Assembly: GCA_020137815.1 (NCBI GenBank)
Contig: CM035359.1
Coordinates: forward strand, 3,534,001-3,598,000
From: Hormiphora californensis
Taxonomy: Eukaryota > Animalia > Ctenophora
Length of the DNA stretch: 64,000 nt
Direction of reading: 5' to 3'
The translations under genes were made by a program, and so were the position numbers. The notes beneath the pieces were generated by a model. The model was given only the letters and a program-made list of their open reading frames with translations. It was not told the DNA's origin and ran no database searches. Shown piece after piece: positions 1-12,800 of the stretch. Each line of letters opens with the position of its first letter. Position 1 is the first letter of the stretch.

Positions 1-760
1 AACCTCTTCAATTTGCACGTGCACAAACGGTTGCTAGCGACATCTCCAAATTATAATAACCGTCACCATCACGAACACTAGCAAGAAACGCTATCACAGT
101 AGGGCCAGGAAACCCAGAAAGTAGAGTATCCCACTTAATTCAAAACCTAGACAACATATTAAATTCAGTCACAGGTAGTTCAAATACTTCAAATGATAGA
201 ACTATTGAATCTAACTCCTAATTTACTTCATTTTGACGCGATATTACAATTTGGTATTCTCGGAACAATTACTTCAACACTACCAATCCAGCTTTTGAAA
301 TTGAAAAGATTCAAACCACATGATAATGACAGTGATAATAATACTTATGTCCTGCCCCTAGACTGTTATATGGGCGGAATATGAATACATGTATTATCAT
401 TATCAATGTAGGATAAAACTATATAAAGCATCCAATCGTCCTTTTAGTCCACCACTCACTAAAAGACACCATTCCTACACCGTCACACCAACAAGTTAAA
501 AAAAATTGGAAATTACAGACAAAAGAGACAGAGACATGACTTCGTGGTTTGTCAAAGTACAATTATTATTCTATCATGTCCCAAGTAAATTAGTCCTAAG
601 TAAATTATATGTGGTGTGATCAGTCGGTGTACATGGTTACTCGTCAATACGTCCCCACATCCTGTCGAGACAACAGAACACATTAAAATTCGGATGGACC
701 ACAAAAAAAAACCAGAATAAACCCAGCAACACTCCTAACCATCGGAACTGAGACAACACT

Positions 761-992
761 AAAACACTGGAAACACAGTCCGCCGGGACATTAAACACCG
801 GAAACACAGTCCGCCGGGACATAAAATACTGGAAACACAGTCCGCCGGGACATAAAATACTGGAAACACAGTCCGCAGGGACATCAAACACTGGAAACAC
901 AGTCCGCCGGGACATAAAATACTGGAAACACAGTCCGCCGGGACATCAAACACTGGAAACACAGTCCGCCGGGACATAAAACACAGGAAACA
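761..992. repeat. 31-bp minisatellite, 7 full copies plus a partial
   Basis: Unit AAAACACTGGAAACACAGTCCGCCGGGACAT starting at 761, 792, 823, 854, 885, 916 and 947; no spacers. Confidence 0.9.
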
Positions 993-2887
993 TCTCCAAC
1001 GCTGGACAACTTTTTATTAGATAAAAACTCTTCTCACTACTCTTCGGAGAAACAAACCAGGACAGAATACATCAAGGACGGACGGGAACTCCTAAATAAG
1101 TTACTAAACGAACAAATGCTGGAGTACAAGGAAAACAATAACGGAACACAGTTAAATACGAGGCAGGAGTAAACATTTTGCCAAACTTCAGGACATTGAA
1201 GACATGATATCCCGTATACAAGTAAACCCCAGATCATCAAAGACACACAAACAGGAAAGTGGAGTGTGTATACTATACATGTTTGGATGGGTGTACCCTC
1301 ACTGTCATAAACCTGTCAAAAGGGGAGGCAGTGAGGGACCCCAGTCGACACATTCAAGTACAAAGACCGAACACTCCGAAATGTCGTCAAATCAGTCACT
1401 CATTGGGTCAGCCAAAAACAGAGGAAAGTCATAAATATACTAAACCAGAGACAGTGCATCCCTGCACGACAAACATCAACACCGAAAAAAGGGAAGAAGC
1501 ACGAAGCAGAGGACCAGAAAAACAACAACAAAACAGGACAACTGGTTAACTATAGACAGGGAAAGCACGAACTACGTTGGTACCCCAGTGAAGCAACCGG
1601 AAGTTCCGATCACCAGGAATAGCAACACCCTGCAAGCAAGTTAGAACAGATCCCTGTGTGAACTACAATGGAACTCAACGACCGATTAACAGACACCAAG
1701 CGAGATCTACGGGAGAACAACACACACTAAAAATAGGACTCTCTACCGCTTGAACTGCCCAGCCTACAAGAACTAGAAAAAGATCAGCGAGGGATGGCGT
1801 CACCAGACAATCCATCACCAGCGTCCAACAAAGACATTCACCACAAGAGGAACACAACTAGGATCTTAACGAGGACCCCACGTGAGTGGACAAAGGTACC
1901 AACAAGGTGCCAGCTGAGAGAGAGCATATTAAGCTATTTTATGTTTTAAGTAGATACAAACTTTAAACTCAAAACTTCCCCCCATACAACAAACTGTCAT
2001 AAACTGTAAAGAGGGAAGAGTGAGCACGTTTATTAGTGATATAGAAAATAGTACGAATCTTAAATAATTCTAACCCTCGCCATAAAATATACTGTAACAG
2101 ACTGTAAAGAGGGAAGAGTTAAAGTTAGTTGAGATGCTACCGCTGTAAGAAGTTAAAAAAAAAGTATAAACGACAATTGAAAACACCAAAAAATCTAGAA
2201 AACAAAATTCTACCAACTCCAGAAAATTGGTACATAACTTACTTTAGAAAGGGCAGTTCATTAGAATGTCACTCCGGTAGTAAAGTCTCCGGGAGTGACG
2301 TGGGCCATGAACAAACTTTGATACCTAGCCCCAGTGAAATAATCACTGGGCGCCACCGACTCCAACGCTTTTTGTCCCAAAATCCCGCATATCTTCTTGA
2401 CCCGATGATATAGTAGGGTCATTTGGGAGACACATCCAAGCAATGTGAGAGAGCACCCCCATAGACAAATGCTGAGTCGAGAACTCCTGTTTGTCATAGA
2501 AAAGGTAATAGAAAAAGGTCGCCATTCCGGACAGTTCGTAGCAAGTCAGTGTTCTCTTCATATCACACAACAAACTCGATAGAAAGCACATAGACTAGTA
2601 GAACAATGGGTGAACTATAAGAGCCATTACGAGAGTGTCAGAACCAACGTGATAGACACTAGTTACCGAATAAAAAATTGAAATTTTACTTGGTGTTTTC
2701 AAGTGTTGTAAACATACCGTACGCAGAGAGCGCTGTTTGAAGTTGGAAGTATCTGTCACATCTTTGAAGGGGGGCGAGATGTACTATATGAGAAACTTGT
2801 TTTGTTAGATACATTTTTAGATCTGCAAGATACAGACAGCTACTGCTAATCGACCATTATCACAGTTAGAGAGCACGGAGTTCAACG

Positions 2888-3000
2888 TACCGCATCTTAC
2901 CATATTTTACCGCACCTCACCGCATCTTACCATATCTTACCTCACCTTACCGCATCTTGCCATGTCTTACCGCACCTTACCGCATCTTACTGCATCTTAC
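2888..3000. repeat. 10-bp minisatellite with 30-bp higher-order period
   Basis: ACCGCATCTT variants in tandem. Confidence 0.8.
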
Positions 3001-3322
3001 GGTAAACCATGGCAAACAGCTGATGCCATAAAAAGACAAGCTGAACGAGAGCTGTTTACTTCTAAGTTCACGAACTAACATTTGAGTTATCTCAATCTTT
3101 GTTACCCAAACCTCTTGTTTACCTTTGACTACTACACCGACACAACGGATACCTAAACCTCAGCAAAACCCTTCATCGATAACATCCGCACAACGACCAT
3201 CCTCATCAACACTACCTTCTACGATCACTCCATATTACACGTTAGCATCCAGCGTCTTGACCAGGTACGTAACTGGGACTACCCTAGACGACCAGCCAAA
3301 TACCCACGACAAATAACACTAC

Positions 3323-4862
3323 AGCGCTCTCAGTAAACAGCCAGTCCAGCGGCAGATTATTTCCCACTGGCAGGTTATTTATTTCTAACTCCTACGTAAC
3401 ATTCAAAGTGTGTGTAAATGATCAGTTCTTACTAAAATACAGAGGGAACACTATGTGCAACACTTACACACTACATTGGAGAGAAAGAAAGGACACATTC
3501 CGTCAATTAAAGGTCCCCCCAAACTACTATGTCCCTTGCTGCGCGCGACCGGATTTTAGACGGCCATAGCTCCACCCCCTGATAAGATAGAGACTTGAAA
3601 TTTGTTTTGTAGGAAGATCATATCGAGTTCTTCGTACAAAACAAATTTCAAGTCTCTATCTCATCAGGGAGTGGAGTTATGACCGTGGGAAATTTCACAA
3701 AACCCGAGTGAGGGACATAGTAGTTTGGGGTGTACTTTACTCTCTCTTTATCTCCCCTTTTGTCTCACTATCTCTTTCTCTGTGTTATTTGTGACATGCC
3801 CCTTATCAGGCTATTTCTTTCACTCTCTTTCCTTAGCAACTGCTTAGTAACTGTTACCAAACAGTGTACACTCAATTGTGACGTGTTTTTAACTATTTCT
3901 CAGTTCTCTTTGTGTGTTTTGATTAGTGTTCTCTCTCTTGTTGGTGTGTAATACTTGAAATAAACAACTAAAGCAGGGTATATAACCCATAAACTCTGAC
4001 CACTGGCACGTTATAGGTTTAAACCCCTCCGCCTCTCCCTCGGCTCCGCCTCGGGATCGTCGTCGTGATTTAAACCAGTTTATCCGCCAGCGGCGGATAA
4101 ACTCCAGCTAACTTCTCCCAGCGGCGCGCTGGGAGAAAGTTATCTGAAATAACGCGCCAGTGGCCAGAGTTTATGCCTCATATATACCCTGCTAACTTAA
4201 ATAATGCGCCAGTGGCGAGAAGTCCCACTAGCGCGCTCTCAGTAAACAGCCAGTCCAGCGGCAGATTATTTCCCACTGGCAGGTTATTTATTTCTAACTC
4301 CTACGTAACATTCAAAGTGTGTGTAAATGATCAGTTCTTACTAAAATACAGAGGGAACACTATGTGCAACACTTACACACTACATTGGAGAGAAAGAAAG
4401 GACACATTCCGTCAATTACTCTCTCTTTATCTCCCCTTTTGTCTCACTATCTCTTTCTCTGTGTTATTTGTGACATGCCCCTTATCAGGCTATTTCTTTC
4501 ACTCTCTTTCCTTAGCAACTGCTTAGTAACTGTTACCAAACAGTGTACACTCAATTGTGACGTGTTTTTAACTATTTCTCAGTTCTCTTTGTGTGTTTTG
4601 ATTAGTGTTCTCTCTCTTGTTGGTGTGTAATACTTGAAATAAACAACTAAAGCAGGGTATATAACCCATAAACTCTGACCACTGGCACGTTATAGGTTTA
4701 AACCCCTCCGCCTCTCCCTCGGCTCCGCCTCGGGATCGTCGTCGTGATTTAAACCAGTTTATCCGCCAGCGGCGGATAAACTCCAGCTAACTTCTCCCAG
4801 CGGCGCGCTGGGAGAAAGTTATCTGAAATAACGCGCCAGTGGCCAGAGTTTATGCCTCATAT
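3323..4862. repeat. Near-identical direct duplication (about 3323-4183 and 4233-4862) of an element with a palindromic 3' part
   Basis: Both copies run GCGCTCTCAGTAAACAGCC...GAGTTTATGCCTCATATA. Copy 1 carries an extra MITE and has GCAGGGTATATA...TATATACCCTGC inverted ends at about 3973-4192. Confidence 0.85.
3510..3737. mobile_element. Tc1/mariner-type MITE (228 bp, TA TSD)
   Basis: TIRs AAGGTCCCCCCAAACTACTATGTCCCT / AGGGACATAGTAGTTTGGGGTGTACTT, TA on both sides. The empty site CAATTACTC is visible in the duplicate at 4413-4421. Confidence 0.92.
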
Positions 4863-4926
4863 AGAATTTGCAGGAACAACCCCAATACAATTACTGTACT
4901 TTTCCTACAACCCCAGAAGCTCAATA

Positions 4927-5000
4927 CAGTTGGACCCCGATTTACCGGGATACTCGGGGGGGGGGGGGTGTGTGTGGGGGTATATATCGGAGTCCAACTG
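4927..5000. mobile_element. CAGTCGGACCCCGATTTA-family MITE (TA TSD, Tc1/mariner/pogo-like)
   Basis: TA-CAGTYGGACCCCGATTT...TCGGRGTCCRACTG-TA. Further copies at 35118-35257, 37922-38100 and 54021-54087; partial copies near 5539, 15335, 22548, 44296, 56527 and 58890. Confidence 0.85.
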
Positions 5001-5080
5001 TACAATTTACTATGATGAATGACTGTACATTGTACAATGTACAGTCATTCATCATGTACAATGTACACTGTACAATGTAC

Positions 5081-6726
5081 CTTGACAGTAAGGATTATAT
5101 TCTCAGAGGATCCTAGTAGCAGTCTTCTGTGTGTTGGGTATTCAATAATATCAATGGGCTTCAGGACGGTCAGTGTAGCTGACGCCTCGTCTGATTCGTC
5201 ACCACTAAAACAGGGTGGGGGTGTTAGTTGCAGGGTGTTAGTGGGGTGTAAGTTGGGAGCCAGATCAATATTATGATACATACAAGGAAACCCCTCTACC
5301 CCTTCCGACCTCCCCCTCCCATCATAAAAAATAAAAAAAACCGTCCATTTTCAATTCTCATCTCTGCACGTGATTCAACAAACTTACCTTGTAGCCTTGC
5401 ACTTGTAGAGGCCAGTGTCATTAAAGATGGTTTTCTGGATAGTTAGATCCTGTTTCGACTCTGTCAACACAAACCTATCCTTGACACTGGGAGAGAGTTT
5501 TTAGTATTCAAGCTTCAAGCAAAATATGTACTATGCAGCAGTCGGATCCCGATTTAATGGGATGCTCGGGGAAAAGGGTTTTGACCGGTAAACCCTTTCC
5601 CCCGAACATCCCGGTAAATCGGGGTCCGACTATTTAACTATTTAACTCACTCATCATCAAGATCTGTAACGTCCACCCCATTACGGGTCCATACCACCGT
5701 ACTATTATCAGAGCTAACGGAACACCCAAAGTGTGCGTTGTTCCCCCGGTATACCTCGATATCTCCAGTTGCAGAGGTTATTGTTACCTAGGTGGGAGGG
5801 GTGTAAACACTAAACGGCCCTTGCCAGCACATGAAGGTAAAAGAAGGGTTATTTCGTAACCAAGGGGGGGGGGTAACAAAAGCTGGAGTGTAACAGAAAT
5901 GTTGTTTCTAAAATTCTCGTCTCTATAACACTTACCACATTAGCTCCACTGTTTGTCAGGGTCATGGACTCTGTTTTTGTGTATTTTCCATCGCTGTACG
6001 TTGCCGTGGCTTCATAGGTACCCGTGTCTGAGGACTGAGGGAAGGGAGAGGGTTATTATCACACTCATTTTCGAATTTTAGGGTAGCTGAGATTTTTGAT
6101 ATTCTCGGTTTTGGGGCAAAAAACGTGAGGTTTATGAGATTTTGGGATTTTTGGTGCAAATTTTCCGGAAAATACCTGGACATTGGAGATTTTCAGGGTG
6201 TCTCTCCGGTACTGAACACCATTCTTGACAACACCAGTCTCGGTGGTGACGTCATAATGACCTCCGTCACTCTCCGGGAAACTAACACCTGCGGGATGGG
6301 AATGTTATAAACAAATACCTGGGGTGGGAGTGTTACCCCTGGGGAACTTACACCTAAATGACACCTCACTATCACCTGGGGGTATCTAGCATTGGGCCTG
6401 ACACAAGTGAGAGGGGAGTGGTCTCCGCGGGGGCTCTATAGTATAGAGTCTATATATCACATACCTGATCTTGTCCATTCGACCTTAGCGTTGGTTGGAC
6501 TGGTCAGCATGACAAACTTGGCCGTCCCTCCAATGGTTGCCCCCACGGTGCTTCCTGTCACCATTATCATAGAGATAAGATCGGTGACGGTGATTTTAAA
6601 CTCCGAGGAAGCTGTAGTGTCACCATTGTTACCAATACAAACGTAATCGGCCGTGTCCAGAGGAGATGTGGCGTAGATCTGAAGGAGGGGGGTCAGGGAG
6701 AGGGGTGATAACTGGGAGAGAGAGAC

Positions 6727-6800
<74 letters not shown>

Positions 6801-9800
6801 GAGACAGAGAGAGATGGGAATACATTTCACTATAAACACACAGGTACCTCAAGGGAAGTTGCAGTAACATAAAACCGCCCAGTGTTCTGGATCTGAGTAC
6901 CATTCTTATACTCGAAGCTGATTGTGGGAGAGGGAACTCCAGTTATTTCACAGATCACCGTAACTGAACTGCCTGTAGTTACTGTGGTTGACTCTGGCTT
7001 GGTGGAGAAGGCCAGGTCTTCTGAAGCTGTCTTGATCCTGCAGGGGGAGTGATGTGTTGGGAACAGGAACCGACCGACACAAGTAAACAACCAATCAGAA
7101 CTCGTTATTAAGGTCACGTGACTGGTAATTAGCCAATCAGGGACCAGTATTTCATGATTCGGTCGGTTCCTGGTTGGGAAGTGTCTGGCTCAAACCGTCA
7201 TGTTGTTTCATAGTTCGGTAGATCAAGGAAAGTGTAAACAATGGTCGGGCTAAACTATATTGAGGTCTTTCAAATTTCAACCCGGGCGCGGTGAGAGCGG
7301 GTCGAGCTTTGAGCTTCTTCTGCTCATTAAAAGTAATTAAAAGGTAATTAATTAATTAATTACCCAACATAGATGGGGAGGGTTGATGCAGTAACGGATC
7401 CGTCTGCGCTCACTTTATTTACGGACACCCTGTAATTTCCACTGTCACTCACATCTGTATCCTTGATCACCAACCTACAATAATATAATAATAATAATTA
7501 TAATAATAATAATAACAATAATATTTGGTTACAAAATAACCCCGCACGCTGACAAGGGAGGGGGTAACTTCAATACCAAAAGTAGCGTTAGATTATTCCA
7601 TAAAACTTAATAAATGGATGGGATATGCCGTGTTAAAATTTTAGAATGCTCAAAACCATCTTCAAATATAATATGCTCGTTGCATCATGATTGAGTCGTA
7701 AACAATAAAGCCGCAAGCAAGCTAGATTACCACGGTTACCATGGTTACCAAGGTTACACACACCTCTGTCCACTATCATAGAACTCCACTCTTGGCATGG
7801 TATCAGTCAGGATGTCACTGGACCGGGCCCACTGGACATTCTGCTGGACAGGAAGGGGCATCATGTTGAAACTAACACTGATTGTTAGCTGCTTCCCCAT
7901 CAACTGATTTTCTGGAGGAGGAAGGGGGGGGGGGAGTCAGGGAGTTAGAGTCAGGGGTGGGGATAGAGTCAGGGGGGGGGCGGGTGGTAGAGTCAGGGGG
8001 GAGTCAGTGGTGGGGGTGGGGGTAGAGTCAGGACTCAGGGGTGTGTATTGCTTCGAAGATCAATGATTACTTTCACGCATTTGATGACTTACCGGTGGAT
8101 TTAGTAGGAGATATATCATCCTGTTGGATAACAAGGATCTCAGCAGACTCCTCGGACCTTCCTGCTGTTGTCTCCACCACTACCTTGACATACCCAGCAT
8201 CAGCCTCCGTCAACTGATGGGGGGGGGGGTGAGGGTGTTCATGGGGGGGGGGGGGGGTGTTGGTGGGGGTGTTAGCTACTTCGGGAAATTTGGGATATAT
8301 TGGCACTTATTTAGCGAATAACTGGTGCTTTGATGGGTTCCAGATTTAGCACTTACGGAGCTCTTGAAGAGCGTTCTGTAGTCATCGGAGAATCTGATAT
8401 TATTGTCCCCTTGCTGGACCCGTGTCTCCCCAATGTACCACTCAATCTGACTGACCTCCGGCTCCGGGTTTCCTGGAATAGGCAGGTTAGTATTACATAT
8501 ACTTAGTCAGTCGCGAGGGGTCACTCGGTGAACAACTAAGGTCAGGGTACAAACAATTCAATGAATATCAAGGTACAAACAAACAGTATATCAGCTTACC
8601 TGAGACTGCGATGGTGAATATAAGTTGTTCCCCCGTCCTCCCCACATATGTATCCAAGTTAAACACGATGGAGGGAAGTGCTGATGTCACAGCAAACTGC
8701 ATGGATCCCTCCAGAGTCAGAGTTGTTAGCTGCACCATCACTCGGTAATGACCTGCATAACAATAGGGTAATTATTTAGCCCCTAATTAGCCCCCCCCCT
8801 AATTGGTGATCATAATTGGGTGATTAGCCAAGTGGCTTTTTGGCTTATCCTTGTTATAATTCTGTACAAAAAACTAGGAACCGACCGACCCAAGTAAACA
8901 ACCAATCAGAACTCGTTATTTTGGTCACGTGACTGGTTATCAGCCAATCAGGGACCAGTATATTTCCTGACAAACAAATACCTTCGTGTGTAGCATCAGG
9001 ATTGCTGATGATAAGGTTCTTGTTGCTGCTGGCAAAAGAGATACCCCCTCCAGCCTCCAGAGGTACGGAATCTTTGTACCACGTGACCATATCAGCACTA
9101 ACTTGATCGTTCACTCGAGATGATACTGATGGAAGGGGGAGATATTTGTGAAATTATTAGGGGCTTGTAAAACAAAATGGAAAACACAGCAACATGATGT
9201 ATATATCTTTCAACTTACTATCGAAGCTGAGGGTGGCAGTCTGTGCCCCAACAGATGCCAACAAGAAGGGTGTCAGCACTTCCAGGGTTGTATCATCATT
9301 GATAACCAGATAGGAGGTAGCGGAGCCGCTGTAGTCTTTCTGTTGTTGCCCAGTTGCTGCATAGCTGAACGACGCCTCACAGCTGGGAAGGGAGAGGTGT
9401 ATGAGACACGGGAATTCTAAGGGCTACTGATATTTGAATTGTTCATAACTTATGTTATAAAAAGTGTTCCGTGACGCAGACAAAAGTGTCAGGCGACTAA
9501 AGCTAATCAGGCAATCCCTGCAGAATTGTAGATCTGATCGGTAGTATGAAAGATTAGGTCGTGTGCGCCAAATGGCGCCATATGGCGCCAAATGGCGCCA
9601 TCATATTCGCCAAATGGCGCCACGTGGCGAACAAATGGCGCCAAAATGTGGCGAGTGCGCACTATCGCCAAATGGCGCCATTTGGCGCCAAATCTGGCGC
9701 CACGTGGCGCCGCGTGGCGCCACGTGGCGCCAGTGGCGATCGCCATTCGCCAAATGTTGGCGACTCTTGGCGGTATCGCCACGTGGCGATGGTATGAAGT

Positions 9801-12800
9801 CTGAAAAAAACATGCGCAAAATTTTTATCGCCAAATGGCGCCATTTGGCGCCATTAAGTGATCAGGAGATCAAGTCGCCAAATGGCGCCGTTTGGCGCCA
9901 ATCGTCACAAAGTGGCGCCAAATGGCGCCATTCGGCGAATTTTTCGCCATATGGCGCCGTTTGGCGCCACTTGGCGATACTCATCGGCAAACATCGCCAT
10001 TTGGCGCAAATTGTCGATGTATCAATAATATTTTTATTGGTTTTCAAAGTAGGACACTCGCCGTTCTGCGTCACGTGGCGCCAACTGGCGATTAATTCGC
10101 CAAATGGCGCCGTTTGTCGCCATTTGGCGCCATATGGCGACAAATGTTTGTCAAACGATTGTCGCCATATGGCGCCATTTGTCGCCATTTGGCGCCTAAT
10201 GTCGCCATTTGGCGCCAAATGTCGCCATATAGCGCCAAATTTTTGTCGCCATTTGGCGCCAAACGTCGCCATATGGCGCCATTTGTCGCCAATTGGCGCC
10301 GAACGTCGCCATTTGGCGCCAAACGTCGCCATATGGCGCCAAATTTTTGTCAAATGTTTGTCGCCATTTGGCGCCAAACGTCGCCATATGGCGCCATTTG
10401 TCGCCACTTGGCGCCGAACGTCGCCATTTGGCGCCAAACGTCGCCATATGGCGCCAAACGTCGCCATATGACGCCATTTGTCGCCACTTGGCGCCGAACG
10501 TCGCCATTTGGCGCCAAACGTCGCCATATGGCGCCAAATTTTGTCAAATGTTTGTCGCCAAACGTCGCCATATGGCGCCATTTGTCGCCACTTGGCGCCG
10601 AACGTCGCCATTTGGCGCCAAATGTCGCCATATAGCAAAATGTTTGCCAAATGTTAGTCGCCATTTGGCGCCAAATGTCGCCATATGGCGCCAAACGTCG
10701 CCATTTGGCGCCAAATGTCGCCATATGGCGCCAAATTTTTGGCGCCAAACGTCGCCGTTTGTCGCCACTTGGCGCCGAACGTCGCCATTTGGCGCCATAT
10801 GGCGACATTCGGCGCCAAATGGCGACGTTCGGCGCCAAGTGGCGCCAGATGGCGACAAACATTTGACAAAAATTTGGCGCCATATGGCGACATTTGGCGC
10901 CAAATGGCGACGTTTGGCGCCAGATGGCGACGTTTGGCGACAAATGGCGACTAACATTTGACAAACAGTTTGCGCCATATGTCGCCATATGGCGACATTT
11001 GGCGCCAAATGGCGACGTTCGGCGCCAAGTGGCGCCATATGGCGCCAGATGGCGACAAACATTTGACAAAAATTTGGCGCCATATGGCGACGTTTGGCGC
11101 CAGATGGCGACGTTTGGCGACAAATGGCGACTAACATTTGACAAATAGTTTGCGCCATATGTCGCCACTTGGCGCCATATGGTGACATTTGGCGCCAAAT
11201 GGTGACATTTGGCGCCAAATGGCGATGTTCGGCGCCAAGTGGCGCCATATGGCGACAAACGTTTGACAAAAATTTGGCGCCATATGGCGACATTTGGCGC
11301 CAAATGGCGACGTTTAGCGCCAACTGGCGACATTTGGCGCCGTTTGGCGCCAATTGGCGATTTTTTCGCCAAATGGCGCCACGCGGCGCCGAGTGGCGAG
11401 CGTCATATTTTGGAAAGCATTGAAAATTTGCTATTCTTATCGCCAAATGGCGCCATTTGGCGATAAATATGTTGCGCATGTTTTTTTCAGACTTCATACC
11501 ATCGCCACGTGGCGATACCGCCAAGAGTCGCCAACATTTGGCGAATGGCGATCGCCACTGGCGCCACGTGGCGCCAGATTTGGCGCCAAATGGCGCCAGA
11601 AATGGCGCCATTTGGCGATAGTGCACACTCGCCACATTTTGGCGCCAAATGGCGCCATTTGTTCGCCACGTGGCGCCATTTGGCGAATATGATGGCGCCA
11701 TATGGCGCCATTTGGCGCGCACGACCTAATCTTTCATACTACCATCTGATCTCACCTGTACATGGCAGCGTTCTCGTGCAGTGCATTACTAATCACGAGG
11801 GTACTTGCCCCAGCACCACTAATCAGGTCATCATTCTTAGACCATTTGTAAGTAAGACTGTCAGCACTGCTTTGTACTTGACAGCTAAAAGTGACGTCAC
11901 TGCCCTCGGTAACCCTTGCCAGAGCAGGCTCAATTGTAACTATTGGATCCCCTACCACCTTGATCTCAAATACCTGGATACCTGGGGGGAAAGAGAGTTT
12001 AAATAGTCGGAGACCTGGGGAGATGGAGAAAGAGGAATATGGAGAAAGAGAGAATAGTTGGATATTTGCAGAAAGGGACCATACTAAATACCATACTAAA
12101 TACTAATACCAGGTCATCTCAAAAATAACTTTTCATGCCATGGTTAGATAAGATGAATGAAAAGCAGCAGCAATTCTTTTTAAATGTACCGTATGATTTG
12201 ACATTGTTGCTCACTGCTTCATATACAACTGCGTATTCCCCATTCTTTTCAGCGTACGCGTTACTGATTCGCATTTTCCACTGTGCACTTGTCACTTGGG
12301 ATATGGTGAAGTTTCCACCTGAGAAGGGTGTCATGTGTGTATAAATCAGGAAGATGGTGGAGGAAAGTAGATCGAGGAAGTAGGAAGGTGGAGAAGCTGG
12401 TGGGGAAATGAGAAGATCAAGAAGTATCAAAGAAGAAGGGAATTTCTAGCTGAAAAGACTGGGATATCATGGATTAGACTGGGAAATAGTGGATTAATCG
12501 GGGAGATACTTATAGCTGGGATCAGGTGGTTCAATAATTATGTAACACCCTGTACCAACCTGAGGTGATTGGAAATGTTTCCTTGTACCACGTTACTTCC
12601 GTTATCGTATGGGTGTTTGAAGTTTTACCGAATAGGATATCGAAGCTGCTACCCTCGTTAAAGATCTGCGTAGGAGATCAGGGGGATCAGATAAAGAGAG
12701 CTGATAAAAGTGGGGGGGGGGGGTCCAGCCCTAAAAAGGCCAGGCAACCAAAATTAGGGCACCGATGGCCTATTTTAGGGCTGGACCCCCAAAAAAGTGT

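Noticed and set aside
3323-4862. LTR pair
   Set aside because: The copies are nearly adjacent, and I found no TG...CA ends, PBS/PPT or internal gag-pol.
9507-12006. Many long overlapping ORFs (up to 392 aa; MAPNG/WRH repeats)
   Set aside because: They are by-products of a stop-poor 11-bp palindromic array inside a TSD-flanked foldback element and are open in most frames on both strands.
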